A stretch of 62,343 nt of DNA from Nemertoderma westbladi (lineage: Eukaryota; Animalia; Xenacoelomorpha). Position 1 is the first letter of the stretch; each line of letters opens with the position of its first letter. The notes beneath the pieces were generated by a model, which saw only the letters and a program-made list of their open reading frames with translations, was not told the origin of the DNA and ran no database searches. Below are positions 61,851 through 62,343 of this stretch, in pieces. The translations under genes and the position numbers were made by a program. Location: assembly GCA_032718475.1 (NCBI GenBank), contig JAUCBJ010007599.1, positions 1-62,343 on the forward strand, in the 5' to 3' direction.

Positions 61851-62343
61851 TAAGAGATAGAGGTAGAAGGGTATATATAGTATAGATATCAGTCAGTAAT
61901 TAGTAGCGAGAGGGGGGCATATGAGTACAGCTGGATAAATTGTGTGGCCACGCGACGCATACTGTTGTACTGCACAGGCCCACAGAGTAGGCCAGAATGT
62001 GGATTAGGAGATAGAATAATCCATAGGCAGTAGTAAGTAGTAGAACAGTAGAGTTAGAATTAAATTAAAATAAATAAAATGGGGCTAAGAGAATAAATTA
62101 TGGTAACAGCAATAAAGAAATTCTGGAATATAGTTTAAGTAACGGACAGAATTAGGGAATTTAGGAAATTCAGCACTTTAAGTAAAAGTTAAATAAGAAA
62201 ATCGGCAGTAACCTAGTATTTCAGAGAGAGATAGGCCATTATCGAACCATACAGACCATCCTAGCTATATCACTCACTTATATTGCGCCTTGGTAAGGCA
62301 CCACCTTATAGGTGAGCAAGCGGGAGAGTTCGAAATGGGGGGA

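Larger units (their letters stand above)
60930..62343 (+). mobile_element. BEL/Pao family A copy 3 (integrase tail, array, ORF3 leader and start; runs off the window)
   Basis: Colinear with the reverse complement of 11600-13225; ATG at 62335. Confidence 0.88.

Overview
Eukaryotic (animal-like, AT-rich background) DNA made almost entirely of nested and decayed transposable elements. I can support no intact host gene, rRNA, tRNA or CRISPR array. Recognisable elements: CR1/L2-group and RTE-group LINE pieces; one near-complete RTE LINE with a 12-bp TSD that splits a Sola-like transposase; an uninterrupted CRE-clade RT+RLE ORF; an EnSpm/CACTA-like element; a Maverick/adintovirus-like polB-associated remnant; tRNA-type SINEs; and two families of BEL/Pao LTR retrotransposons. 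The main finding is BEL/Pao family A, present as three partial copies (7.8-13.2 kb minus, 30.6-33.1 kb plus, 60.9 kb to the window end plus). After the integrase it carries (1) a tandem array built on a conserved GGTAC-N3/5-GTACC palindrome whose unit length differs between copies, (2) an extra ORF with a WRN/RNase D-like DEDDy 3'-5' exonuclease domain and three CCHC knuckles, and (3) a multi-hairpin RNA element with compensatory base changes near the PPT/LTR. BEL family B carries a different, decayed extra ORF. Decayed OTU protease and SGNH hydrolase genes and a foldback insertion flanked by a 420-bp duplication are also present. All family calls come from motif reading by eye; no database search was run.
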